Shown: positions 55,855-64,000 of the stretch, piece after piece
How positions within the stretch are numbered: position 1 is the stretch's first letter
How the letters are laid out: each line of letters begins with the position of its first letter
IMG/VR virus record: IMGVR_UViG_3300033997_000136
Coordinates: 124,001 to 188,000 of that record
Strand: one strand, 5' to 3'
DNA: 64,000 nt
Translations under genes and position numbers: made by a program
The notes under the pieces: generated by a model
What the model was told of the DNA's origin: nothing
The model's database searches: none
What the model saw: the letters and a program-made list of their open reading frames with translations, nothing else

Positions 55855-56415
55855 ATGTTGAAATTACTTCCCACTATTAAAGCTGTACACGCAAACATTC
55901 CATTAGTTTTAACCATTCGTGATAGTCTGTGTTCACCTGTCAAAGAGTGTATCCTTCTACAGGACAACGAGTTGTTACCAGGCGATAAGCTTGTAAACGA
56001 TGGCGTATTGACTGGGATAGAAACGAAGTTATCTAAACAATTAAAATCAGGTGTTGTTTCTATTCATCGGTTCTTTATTGATAAAGAACATGTAAGTGCT
56101 TCTACGGTTGGTGTCTTAATCATTGACCCTAAAGCGCACCTTGAATCTACACTGAATCGTTTTGAACATGCTGCACCCGATAAAACGTATGCGGATGTCA
56201 TGACGTATGAAGAGTTTATGTACAGCACTGGTTTAAAAGATACGGTGGATGATGTTCGTATCTACACCATGATTTGTGCCTACCGTCTCTTCGCAAAAGA
56301 GATGTTACGTTCAAACCACTGCAATCAACCTGTTTTAAATAACCGCCGTTCGTTTATGAAACTGATAGCACCAAAACAACAACGTCGTACGTCACGTGCT
56401 ATTACTGCGTCTTAA
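55855..56415 (+). CDS. Hypothetical protein, paralog of 56449..56868
   Basis: Shares L.P.+KA..P+.+T+R.S, +KSG+V+I and +G+LI.D motifs with its neighbour. Confidence 0.65.
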   Translation: MLKLLPTIKAVHANIPLVLTIRDSLCSPVKECILLQDNELLPGDKLVNDGVLTGIETKLSKQLKSGVVSIHRFFIDKEHVSASTVGVLIIDPKAHLESTLNRFEHAAPDKTYADVMTYEEFMYSTGLKDTVDDVRIYTMICAYRLFAKEMLRSNHCNQPVLNNRRSFMKLIAPKQQRRTSRAITAS

Positions 56416-56448
56416 TTATCAACCACTAAAATAAGAAAGGATTCCACA

Positions 56449-56868
56449 ATGGAATTAACCCCACATGTTAAAGCTGCAAACCGTCCTGTATTCATCACTG
56501 TACGTGCGAGTGTATTTGGTGAAGTAGAACAGATGTTCTTTGTAAAGCATTCGGATGGTGACGTTAAGCACGATGTCACGAGCGATGATTTACTTCAGAT
56601 TGCTGGGCGTGTTAAACAAAAAGTTAAATCTGGTCTTGTGACCATTAACAAAGTGCTGAGTCGATTTGAAGAGAAAGAACCACATGTTGTTGCGCTTGGA
56701 ATGCTTATCTGTGATAAACAAGCGGATGCGCATTCAAATGCTCGTTTAACGTTGTCGGGTGACCAACCCATAGAACCTATTGCATTGTATCTTAAAGATA
56801 CGAAGTTAGCAGGTTCGTCGTACGAAGCATCATTACATCAATTAGTTGAAAAATTAAAAACGGAATAA
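56449..56868 (+). CDS. Hypothetical protein, paralog of 55855..56415
   Basis: As above; AAGGA RBS. Confidence 0.65.
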   Translation: MELTPHVKAANRPVFITVRASVFGEVEQMFFVKHSDGDVKHDVTSDDLLQIAGRVKQKVKSGLVTINKVLSRFEEKEPHVVALGMLICDKQADAHSNARLTLSGDQPIEPIALYLKDTKLAGSSYEASLHQLVEKLKTE

Positions 56869-56873
56869 GTGGA

Positions 56874-56901
56874 TAGGGAAGAGCACATGTGCTCTTCCCT
56901 A
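56874..56901. terminator. Perfect 28-bp palindrome / bidirectional terminator
   Basis: TAGGGAAGAGCACATGTGCTCTTCCCTA between convergent genes. Confidence 0.8.
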
Positions 56902-57171
56902 CACTACCCGATGATGGAACGATGTGTACTGTTCTTTTGAAAAGGCAATCGTTTGATTTGAATGCGTTACTAATATCGCACCGTCTTTTTCAAGGTAGTC
57001 ACCAAGTGGTGAGTCTATCTCAAATTCGAAAGGTTCTACGTGTGGTTCTTTTGGATAAACAGTAATTGTTTCTCCATCTCGAATAACATCTTCGATTTCA
57101 ACAACACGAAAGATACCTTGTAAACTTTTGAAGGGTAGTGATGTATCCGTTAACGTACTCATAATCATCAC
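56899..57171 (-). CDS. Hypothetical protein
   Basis: ~88-90 aa; AAGGAG RBS upstream. Confidence 0.6.
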   Translation of the reverse strand: MMIMSTLTDTSLPFKSLQGIFRVVEIEDVIRDGETITVYPKEPHVEPFEFEIDSPLGDYLEKDGAILVTHSNQTIAFSKEQYTSFHHRVV

Positions 57172-57194
57172 TCCTTAGAGAATCAATATAACTC

Positions 57195-57330
57195 CCATAT
57201 GAATGAACATTATTAGGGACACACATTATTAATGGGATAAACCAGTTTACTACGTGGGACGCTCATCCTTAACGATGAGTTTTTAAGGGGTGTTGTGTTT
57301 ATTGCGGAATGCAACACCCCTTCTTTTTAA
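57195..57330 (+). ncRNA. Candidate small structured RNA
   Basis: No ORF longer than 9 codons from the ATGs here; promoter-like ATATAAC..ATATGAA; hairpin CTCATC/GATGAG; a G.U-containing terminator stem (57285-57322) plus CTTTTT, favouring the plus strand. Confidence 0.3.
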
Positions 57331-57539
57331 GCCTACGTGCTATTCTAACGCATCATCTATGCCTTATGCATAGAACCACTTTACTTAAATCGTCAGTGTC
57401 TTAAAATCGATTACAGGACGTTTTACGTAACTCGTCATGTTGTGTATTCAGTAAATAAAAAAATACTGGGATATAACCTGATATGAACACTGGTCGTGTT
57501 GACCAATTTTACCCACACTAAAGAGAAAAGGAAAAGACA

Positions 57540-57998
57540 ATGAGTCTGGAAAAAGTCACCCCGGAAATTTTAGCCTTATCAAGAGCGTTTGTTGAAAGCA
57601 AAAAACTGAACGGTGCCACCGTAGAGTTTACTTTACCTGAATCAGTGGACCAGGCTGAAGTGTTAAAAGCAATTGACCTTATCGGCGATTTATCCTGTGC
57701 ATTCACTCACGCTACCGGCGAAGTCGCACACGAAGCCTCTTTGAAAGACAAATCTATCAAAGAAGTATCTGCTGAGCTGGATTTAGGTAAACGCAAAGGC
57801 AAACCATGTATCACGCTCAAAGCCAGCTGGGAACGTGAAGTACAGGTGCCAGCAGATGCCACTGGTTCTGGTGAAAAGAAAACTGTGTATGGTCGTCTGA
57901 CTCCGGCTATCACAACAACCTTCACCAAAAACAAAGGTATGATGGGCGATATCCGCAGCCACTGGGCTACTCTGGGTGCTGAAGCATTCGGTAAGTAA
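57540..57998 (+). CDS. Putative highly expressed early protein
   Basis: Strong RBS, biased codons (CTG, GGT, AAA, TTC), own promoter-like motif and UUCG terminator. Confidence 0.75.
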   Translation: MSLEKVTPEILALSRAFVESKKLNGATVEFTLPESVDQAEVLKAIDLIGDLSCAFTHATGEVAHEASLKDKSIKEVSAELDLGKRKGKPCITLKASWEREVQVPADATGSGEKKTVYGRLTPAITTTFTKNKGMMGDIRSHWATLGAEAFGK

Positions 57999-58039
57999 TA
58001 CACACTTAACGTATTCGCAACGTTATGTAGGACACAAAG

Positions 58040-58080
58040 GTAAGTAGGGGTTCGCCTCTACTTACTCTTTCCTTTTTATT
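58040..58080 (+). terminator. Intrinsic terminator with UUCG loop
   Basis: GTAAGTAGGGG-TTCG-CCTCTACTTAC followed by a T-rich tract. Confidence 0.8.
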
Positions 58081-58118
58081 TTTTGTTTATTTTTTGTTGA
58101 AGTTAACAGGAGTGTGTT

Positions 58119-58466
58119 ATGAAAAAGAATGCAATCACCATAGAAGTGAAAGGTGCAACTGGAAGTGGTAAGACAGAAGTGTGTGAACTCATACACAATG
58201 CGCTGACTGCGTACTACGGTAAGAACGTGGAGGTAGTGGCACCACAACTGGACTTAGACCGTAAAGCATCACATCTAGGTATCTTAGATGATGCGAAGTA
58301 CACAGGTCAATCTTGTTTAATGATGGATAGTACCATCACATTAGTTGAGACTGTTGTAGAGCAGCAAGAAGGTCTTAAACCACTTATGGTGATGGATTGG
58401 CACCTAGGTGACGGTGTTCAATTGGACAAAACTGATAGCTCACCTACAGGTCTTACCTTTAGTTAA
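58119..58466 (+). CDS. Small protein with a Walker A-like motif
   Basis: AGGAG RBS; ITIEVKGATGSGKTEV. Confidence 0.6.
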   Translation: MKKNAITIEVKGATGSGKTEVCELIHNALTAYYGKNVEVVAPQLDLDRKASHLGILDDAKYTGQSCLMMDSTITLVETVVEQQEGLKPLMVMDWHLGDGVQLDKTDSSPTGLTFS

Positions 58467-58487
58467 AATTCAAAGACGGAATAAAGT

Positions 58488-58515
58488 AGGAGGGAGGGCA
58501 ATTGCCCTCCCTCCT
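58488..58515. terminator. Perfect 28-bp palindrome / terminator
   Basis: AGGAGGGAGGGCAATTGCCCTCCCTCCT. Confidence 0.75.
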
Positions 58516-58717
58516 CTCTATGTGGGTTGCATATCGTACGCCAGTTAATGAGCGCGCCATCAGCACACGGCAGCCATCAACAGGGAGAACGCTGTGTCAC
58601 ACACAGCCATCAGCACCAGCACGCCATACGGCAACGAATGTGTTTAGTATCAAGTCAAAAAGTCAGCAAAATCCTTGACACAAACTGCACCACCCACATA
58701 CCATATACGGAATAAGA

Positions 58718-58747
58718 AGTAGAGAGGGCACGTGCCCTCTCTACTCT
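58718..58747. terminator. Perfect 28-bp palindrome / terminator of the sheath-tube operon
   Basis: AGTAGAGAGGGCACGTGCCCTCTCTACT; matches 16063-16092 at 29 of 30 nt. Confidence 0.8.
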
Positions 58748-58754
58748 TACGCTA

Positions 58755-59612
58755 TTAACGACCTGACACAGCCGCAGCGATATCTTCAAGGTAACCTTTA
58801 GATACAGCTTTGATGCTGGAATCCACAGTATCAACCACAGCTTTACGCTGCATTGGGCCTGCGTTGGTATAGTTAATTTTGCTCAAGAAATCCTGAGCAA
58901 CCGCTTTGATACCATCATCGCGAATTGGTGTACACGCAAACTCAATGGAGATTTCCGGTACTGGCTGACCAGTAGTCGGGTCCATTTGGTATTCCAACTC
59001 ACCAGAGGTAAGTGGCCACTCGTTTACACATAACCAGGCATCCAGTGCGAATTGCTTCGTTGGGTCCGGCTCAATGTAAAGCGTAGTGAATGCGTAGAAG
59101 TCAATCAGACGATCAGTAGGTAACGTACCACCTAACGAGAACACACCCGGTTGACGAGTAATAGGTTCGTTAATCAGCAAGCGCTTGTAACGTTCCCAGA
59201 AGTTCGAAATACCTTTGTTGTAGTTTACATCCCACACGTGTGTAGGTGTAGACATCGCTTCGGTTGATTTACCCGCTTCACGAATCTGGTGACCACCACC
59301 ACCCACAGCACGGTCAGACGCTTCGGTAGTGATACCTGAACGCAAACCGGTGATTTGTTTAGATTGCACTTCAATCAGAGATTTTAATGCAGCCGTCCAC
59401 TTTTCACGCTGTGGTAAGAATGTGAAACCGCGTGGTGGTAACACCAGTAACGGAATCAAATCCTGAGGCATGTAACCAGTCGAGTTGGTTAACTGTCCAA
59501 AATTTGGATGGTAGCCATTTTGACCACCAACCGTTAAATCTAACATAGGTGCAGCGTTACCTGCAGCATATGCTTGATTATTGAGAAACGCTGCTTTAGC
59601 GAGAGATGCCAT
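58755..59612 (-). CDS. Tail tube protein (phiKZ gp30-like)
   Basis: PMLDL..GGQNG, ALKSLIE..SK.I.GL, LYIEPDPT..A.DAWLC.N..P..GE motifs; downstream of the sheath gene. Confidence 0.85.
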   Translation of the reverse strand: MASLAKAAFLNNQAYAAGNAAPMLDLTVGGQNGYHPNFGQLTNSTGYMPQDLIPLLVLPPRGFTFLPQREKWTAALKSLIEVQSKQITGLRSGITTEASDRAVGGGGHQIREAGKSTEAMSTPTHVWDVNYNKGISNFWERYKRLLINEPITRQPGVFSLGGTLPTDRLIDFYAFTTLYIEPDPTKQFALDAWLCVNEWPLTSGELEYQMDPTTGQPVPEISIEFACTPIRDDGIKAVAQDFLSKINYTNAGPMQRKAVVDTVDSSIKAVSKGYLEDIAAAVSGR

Positions 59613-59625
59613 AATTCATTACTCC

Positions 59626-61689
59626 TTATGCAGCGGCTGCTAATTGAGCACGGTCACGTGCGATGATGGTGTAGCTACCCACATAGCGACGGTCGTTCGT
59701 GTAAACAACGATGTCTGCGCTGTAAGCATAACCTAATGCCACATCTTCATCGGTGAAATAAGTATTCACCTCGATGATATAACGATCATCAAAACGAGCA
59801 CCATCGCGGATATCAGTTAAGATATCGTTGTTAGATTTCGTGATGAACTCTTCAGGCGTCATCCGGCTGTGACCGCCAGACATGCGTCGCCAGTTACGCT
59901 CAGCAACCTTTTCCATCTCGGTAAAGACGAATACGTTTACTAAGTCGTTTAATGAAGAACGTTTATCTTCGTACACGGACTGGAATGCCGGAATAAACAA
60001 ACGTTTGTTGTGGTCAAAGGTTTGCACGCCGATAAGACCTAAGTCCCAATCGCTATTCGCTGCAGTTTCACGTTTGTACGTCAGGTTTACGTTCTTGAAT
60101 AAACTGATGACGTTGCCCGGAGATTCGTCGAAACGATTCGCATCGTCCCACTCACCTGTGCCAGCACCCATATACTTACTAAACATGTCAGCAAGTTCGA
60201 TAGTCAGCGGCAGTAAACCAGGATAACTTTCATCCGTTAACCAACCTGAGTGACCCATGATAGCGATACGACATGCTGGAGTACCGAATAATTCAGACTC
60301 AACAAAGTTACGAGCATATGCACGTAAAGCAGCTAAAGCAGACGCTTCGGCTTCTAAGTCATTCTGAGGTGCATCGACATCCTGTGTACACACAATTGCC
60401 ATCACATCTTTACGAACACCTACAGGACGCATCAACGCGTACTTAGTATCCATTGGGAAACCAGTGTCGTAATAAATGCTAAGTGGAAGTGCAGCACTAT
60501 CCAAATAGTTAAACGGCGATTCGGTGTAGTTGCTTAAATGGAACTTCACAGATTCAGCAAACGCTGCGTTTGACAGAGTACCGTCGCCACCGCCTACACA
60601 GTAGTGGTTTGAGTATTGAGTCAGACTGATACCGTCATTACCTAAATCAGCTAACACGATTGCGTTGTATGGAACATCGTCAATGTCGCGTGCAGATAAG
60701 AAGTTAATCAGGTACTTACCTTCTTCTGTATCTTCAGGCCAATCTAAGTGGAACGACTTTTCAGCGTCGTACAGTAAACCAACCAGCTCGTCAATAAACT
60801 CCGAATAGAAGTGAATATCTGAGAAGTTGCCTGATGTTTCTGGACGCACGTTTGGATTTTTGTATGCTTTCTGAACAACGTCAGGTGCATACAGTTTTTG
60901 TTTGGTGCGGCTGACTACTGAACCTGGTTTAAAGGTAAAGTCAACATACTCACCGCCACGCGCTGTTAACACTTCACTTGGTTGTGAACGATTGTCGGCA
61001 CGTTTGATTTGCTGTATGCGGAAAATAAAGGCAGCATTTTCAGCCACGGCTTCTGTGTTAACACCATAGCTGTTACCAACCGGTGCCCACATACGGTAAC
61101 CTTTGTTGTTACCATGTTCGCCGAAACTTGCAACTTTAGAATCGCAGATTGGGTAAAGTACAGACTGTGCACCACCAGTTGTTGTTTGTGTACCTACTAA
61201 CTTCGTTGCCTCAGCAAAGTTGGTTGCAGGTAATTTCACGAACTTAATCCGGTAGCCAGGTACAGTATCACCCGTTGGTTGTGGTAAACCGTTAGCACCT
61301 AACACTAAACGACCCGCAGTATCGCGAATATAGGTTGGTACTTGGTCAGCTAACACATCAGCACAAAGACGCATAGTTGCTGGGTCTGGTGCATCTTCAG
61401 GTTGGATACGCTGATAAATCGCAGCGTTACCGTTCCCGTTAACAATGTTAGCCAAAACAGTTTGGTGATTTGCAAACTTCGAATCTAACTCGAATGTCTT
61501 GCTACCATACGCTCTGATTCGTTCATCACCCACCAGTAATTGAGGGTAAATATTCCCTTCTTCAGCATAAATGAAAATATGCGGAAGGTGAGTAGGAAGC
61601 GAGTCTATCGTGGCTGCAAGTACATCCGGCGTTTGATCCTGCACACCATTTAAAATAGCGCGCGGTCTTGAGTTTAGGGCGACGGTCAT
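59626..61689 (-). CDS. Tail sheath protein (phiKZ gp29-like)
   Basis: PTHLPH...AEEG, YDTGFP..TK, ESE.FGTPACR motifs; 687 aa; biased codons. Confidence 0.88.
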   Translation of the reverse strand: MTVALNSRPRAILNGVQDQTPDVLAATIDSLPTHLPHIFIYAEEGNIYPQLLVGDERIRAYGSKTFELDSKFANHQTVLANIVNGNGNAAIYQRIQPEDAPDPATMRLCADVLADQVPTYIRDTAGRLVLGANGLPQPTGDTVPGYRIKFVKLPATNFAEATKLVGTQTTTGGAQSVLYPICDSKVASFGEHGNNKGYRMWAPVGNSYGVNTEAVAENAAFIFRIQQIKRADNRSQPSEVLTARGGEYVDFTFKPGSVVSRTKQKLYAPDVVQKAYKNPNVRPETSGNFSDIHFYSEFIDELVGLLYDAEKSFHLDWPEDTEEGKYLINFLSARDIDDVPYNAIVLADLGNDGISLTQYSNHYCVGGGDGTLSNAAFAESVKFHLSNYTESPFNYLDSAALPLSIYYDTGFPMDTKYALMRPVGVRKDVMAIVCTQDVDAPQNDLEAEASALAALRAYARNFVESELFGTPACRIAIMGHSGWLTDESYPGLLPLTIELADMFSKYMGAGTGEWDDANRFDESPGNVISLFKNVNLTYKRETAANSDWDLGLIGVQTFDHNKRLFIPAFQSVYEDKRSSLNDLVNVFVFTEMEKVAERNWRRMSGGHSRMTPEEFITKSNNDILTDIRDGARFDDRYIIEVNTYFTDEDVALGYAYSADIVVYTNDRRYVGSYTIIARDRAQLAAAA

Positions 61690-61816
61690 GCGACCCTCCT
61701 TATCGTATCAAACTCTGGTGGATGTTATGAGTGATGTATAAGACATCATACAATGATGCCTATCTCGTTATAGGACGTGTATGTAATAAAAGATTTAACC
61801 CGTTGGAGAATTCAAT

Positions 61817-62773
61817 ATGTTTCGTTCACCCTATGCGACAACCGCATGTAAAAATCACGTAATGACCGCTATCGAGAAATCGGTGCGTGATGCAACTAAA
61901 ATATCCGACGGCGTTCGTTACTTAACGATGAGTGACAATCCCCACCACATTTCTAAAGTGGATTGGATTTCTCGGGTGTATTGTGTTGATGCGAATAACA
62001 AAACAATTAGTTTTTTTGCGCATCCGCTTGTCATCCAAATGGATGGCAGTTCCTCAGATGATGTGCACATTGTATTCGATGCTCGTCCAACAACTCGTTT
62101 AGATACGGTTGAAAACAAACTTATTCCAACACCAACGTTTCATTTCCAAAAACTTCGTGCTGACATCATGGATAAGTTGTGGTTGCGTGGAACGCCATCT
62201 GATTTAATGGCCTGTGGTTCATTTCCACATGAAGTGTTTGTTTATTTAATCACAAACACATTAAAGACTCGTTTAAATTTAGATGAGAACATTGCAGGGC
62301 GCATCAGTTGCTTAACTGCGTACTACTACATGTGTTTGTTTGAAGAAGACATTGTCGATGATAAAGAAACCTTTATTAAGGCAATGACAAAAGTATCTCG
62401 TATTGCACGGATGCCACTGCCCGATGTTTTAAACATCATGGGTGAAGAAGATGGTGACCGTATTCGTCCAATGATGAATATCACTGAGTTCTGTGAAGCA
62501 TTATCTACCTACGGACAATCTGCTCGTTTAGAGCGTATGAATGTAGGGATGTTGTTTAGCATGTTAGGTGGTGTATGGATTCGTCCTAACGCAACAGAAA
62601 CTGTATGTGTTGCACTTGAACATCCACCAACATGGTGCGCTATGGTTGCATCTGCTATTGATGATCGTAGTTTAAGTAAAACGACATTAGGTGATGTGTG
62701 CAAGATGCGTGAGCGCATTAGTCGTAACAGCAGTGATTTTGTTGTTGCTTTAAAACGAGCTGTACAAAACTAA
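61817..62773 (+). CDS. Virion protein (phiKZ gp28-like)
   Basis: MFRSPY.TT, FAHPL, VALEHPPTW.A motifs; divergent from the sheath gene. Confidence 0.7.
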   Translation: MFRSPYATTACKNHVMTAIEKSVRDATKISDGVRYLTMSDNPHHISKVDWISRVYCVDANNKTISFFAHPLVIQMDGSSSDDVHIVFDARPTTRLDTVENKLIPTPTFHFQKLRADIMDKLWLRGTPSDLMACGSFPHEVFVYLITNTLKTRLNLDENIAGRISCLTAYYYMCLFEEDIVDDKETFIKAMTKVSRIARMPLPDVLNIMGEEDGDRIRPMMNITEFCEALSTYGQSARLERMNVGMLFSMLGGVWIRPNATETVCVALEHPPTWCAMVASAIDDRSLSKTTLGDVCKMRERISRNSSDFVVALKRAVQN

Positions 62774-62786
62774 GTAGGGGGGTCTC

Positions 62787-64000
62787 ATGATTCCATACCT
62801 CATGGACCACGCCATTAATAATGTATGGTGTGCTCCACAACAAGATAAACAAGCGCTAATTAAGTTAGCGCGTTTATCAGGACGAGACGGTGTGAAGAAA
62901 TACATGGATGTCATGTTTCGTCGGGTTTACATGCCAGACAACACACATCGCTTTCATGTATTTCAGATGGGTGGTTGGTATCCCGCAACACTTGGTATTA
63001 AACACTTACCAAATCAATGGGTGAGTCTGGCATCACTTATCCACCAAAGCACACTGATTGCAGGGGTGTATAAAGACAATGGAAAGTTCTTTGCATTGGG
63101 TAGCACCTTTTTGCAGTTTACATCCAATGGAAATATCATTGTTGCGCTAAGACAAGACGTCTATGGAACTGGATACAACGACCCTGAAATATACTTCCGT
63201 GCTTACTCAAACATTTACTATTCGTCTGACCGTTACGTAGGTCCTGCGAATCCTGTTCAGTGTGAAAGTATAAAAAGCACAGGGTTAGTCAGTGTTGTTG
63301 ACTTCCAACGAAAACTGGCTGACATTCAGTTACTTCCAGGTCATGTGTTCATTTATGTAAATGGTACGCTCACCAATCGGATTACACCAACTCAGGTTCG
63401 TGAAGGTGATTTGTTGGAATATGTGTACGACCCAAGTATTGCACTGACGTATGATTTCAAAGTCGGTGAATTAAAGTCGTTTACAAGTACCGTAGATGTC
63501 ATGGAAAAGTTCTTACTTCATTTTAAAGGAGTTGAGCTTGACTCTATTTATTTTGAAGATGACATTGATGTTTATGTTGTTAACAAAAGTGGACAATGGA
63601 TAGATGGTGTGTACTATCATCGACATTTACCGTCTGGACTTCGGATGGTAACGCATCGTGATTATTCACTGTCTGCACAAAGTTTGCTTGAGTTAATCAA
63701 TGAACATGAAAGTACATTCCCTGTAGCGGATGATGCTTTTGTTCGCATTCATCTTCGTTATAGTGGATTTGAACGTAATCTGATTCTTGAAGCAAATCGT
63801 TTGTTTGAGCTGTACAAGTTATCTGATGACGATGTTGAAATGGCGTTGTTAGGGATTAACGCTACTGTACCTGAGTGGAGTGCTGAGAAGTTAGAATACT
63901 CACCTTACACTCAAATCATGGGATGGCGAGCACCGTTGTTAGACGGTACGTTAGTACAAACCATGTATGGGTACAATGCCATGAGTCGTTTGTTTGGAGA
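62787..64000 (+). CDS. Virion structural protein (phiKZ gp27-like), 3-prime truncated by the window end
   Basis: Not in the ORF track (no stop in window). MIPYLMDHAINNVWCAPQQDKQ matches the recalled N-terminus of this family. Confidence 0.7.
   Translation, partial: MIPYLMDHAINNVWCAPQQDKQALIKLARLSGRDGVKKYMDVMFRRVYMPDNTHRFHVFQMGGWYPATLGIKHLPNQWVSLASLIHQSTLIAGVYKDNGKFFALGSTFLQFTSNGNIIVALRQDVYGTGYNDPEIYFRAYSNIYYSSDRYVGPANPVQCESIKSTGLVSVVDFQRKLADIQLLPGHVFIYVNGTLTNRITPTQVREGDLLEYVYDPSIALTYDFKVGELKSFTSTVDVMEKFLLHFKGVELDSIYFEDDIDVYVVNKSGQWIDGVYYHRHLPSGLRMVTHRDYSLSAQSLLELINEHESTFPVADDAFVRIHLRYSGFERNLILEANRLFELYKLSDDDVEMALLGINATVPEWSAEKLEYSPYTQIMGWRAPLLDGTLVQTMYGYNAMSRLFG

Noticed and set aside
57172-57539. 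tRNA genes in the long intergenic gap
   Set aside because: No cloverleaf, T-loop GTTCRA or D-loop signature is visible here or elsewhere in the window.
58527-58715. 62-aa His/Gln-rich plus-strand ORF
   Set aside because: It has a TTG start with no RBS right after a terminator, and its composition mirrors the DNA repeats; treated as non-coding.
59882-60226. 114-aa plus-strand ORF inside the sheath gene
   Set aside because: Antisense shadow of a well-supported structural gene.
1-64000. Chimallin, PhuZ, non-virion RNAP, DNA polymerase, terminase and major capsid genes
   Set aside because: Not recognisable in this window. The nucleus-forming lifestyle is inferred only from the phiKZ-like core genes, not seen directly.

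Overview
This window is a gene-dense, AT-rich segment of a phiKZ-like (Chimalliviridae-type, nucleus-forming) jumbo myophage genome. The assignment rests on motifs and gene order; no database search was run, and phiKZ gp numbers are recalled correspondences. From left to right it holds: a partial kinase-like gene; a GH108 endolysin; a ~12.6 kb tail-fibre cassette; baseplate spike genes; SbcC/Rad50; an accessory cluster (SLOG, tiny membrane peptides, macrodomain, CYTH); virion genes; a spanin-like pair; RNase HI; UvsX/RecA; three virion RNA polymerase subunit genes; a 2202-aa gp181-like tail protein; the prohead protease; an early accessory island; and the tail tube, sheath and two gp28/gp27-like genes. 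The most interesting signals are: (1) Gln where phiKZ-type head-maturation cleavage sites have Glu; (2) a gp181-like protein with no recognisable lytic transglycosylase domain; (3) fibre proteins sharing a small adaptor-like module and identical DNA; (4) a re-permuted SLOG gene next to macrodomain and CYTH genes; (5) a conserved promoter/leader motif, a family of long perfect palindromes and a candidate small RNA. I saw no tRNA, CRISPR array, intron, intein or reverse transcriptase. The host cannot be determined from this window.
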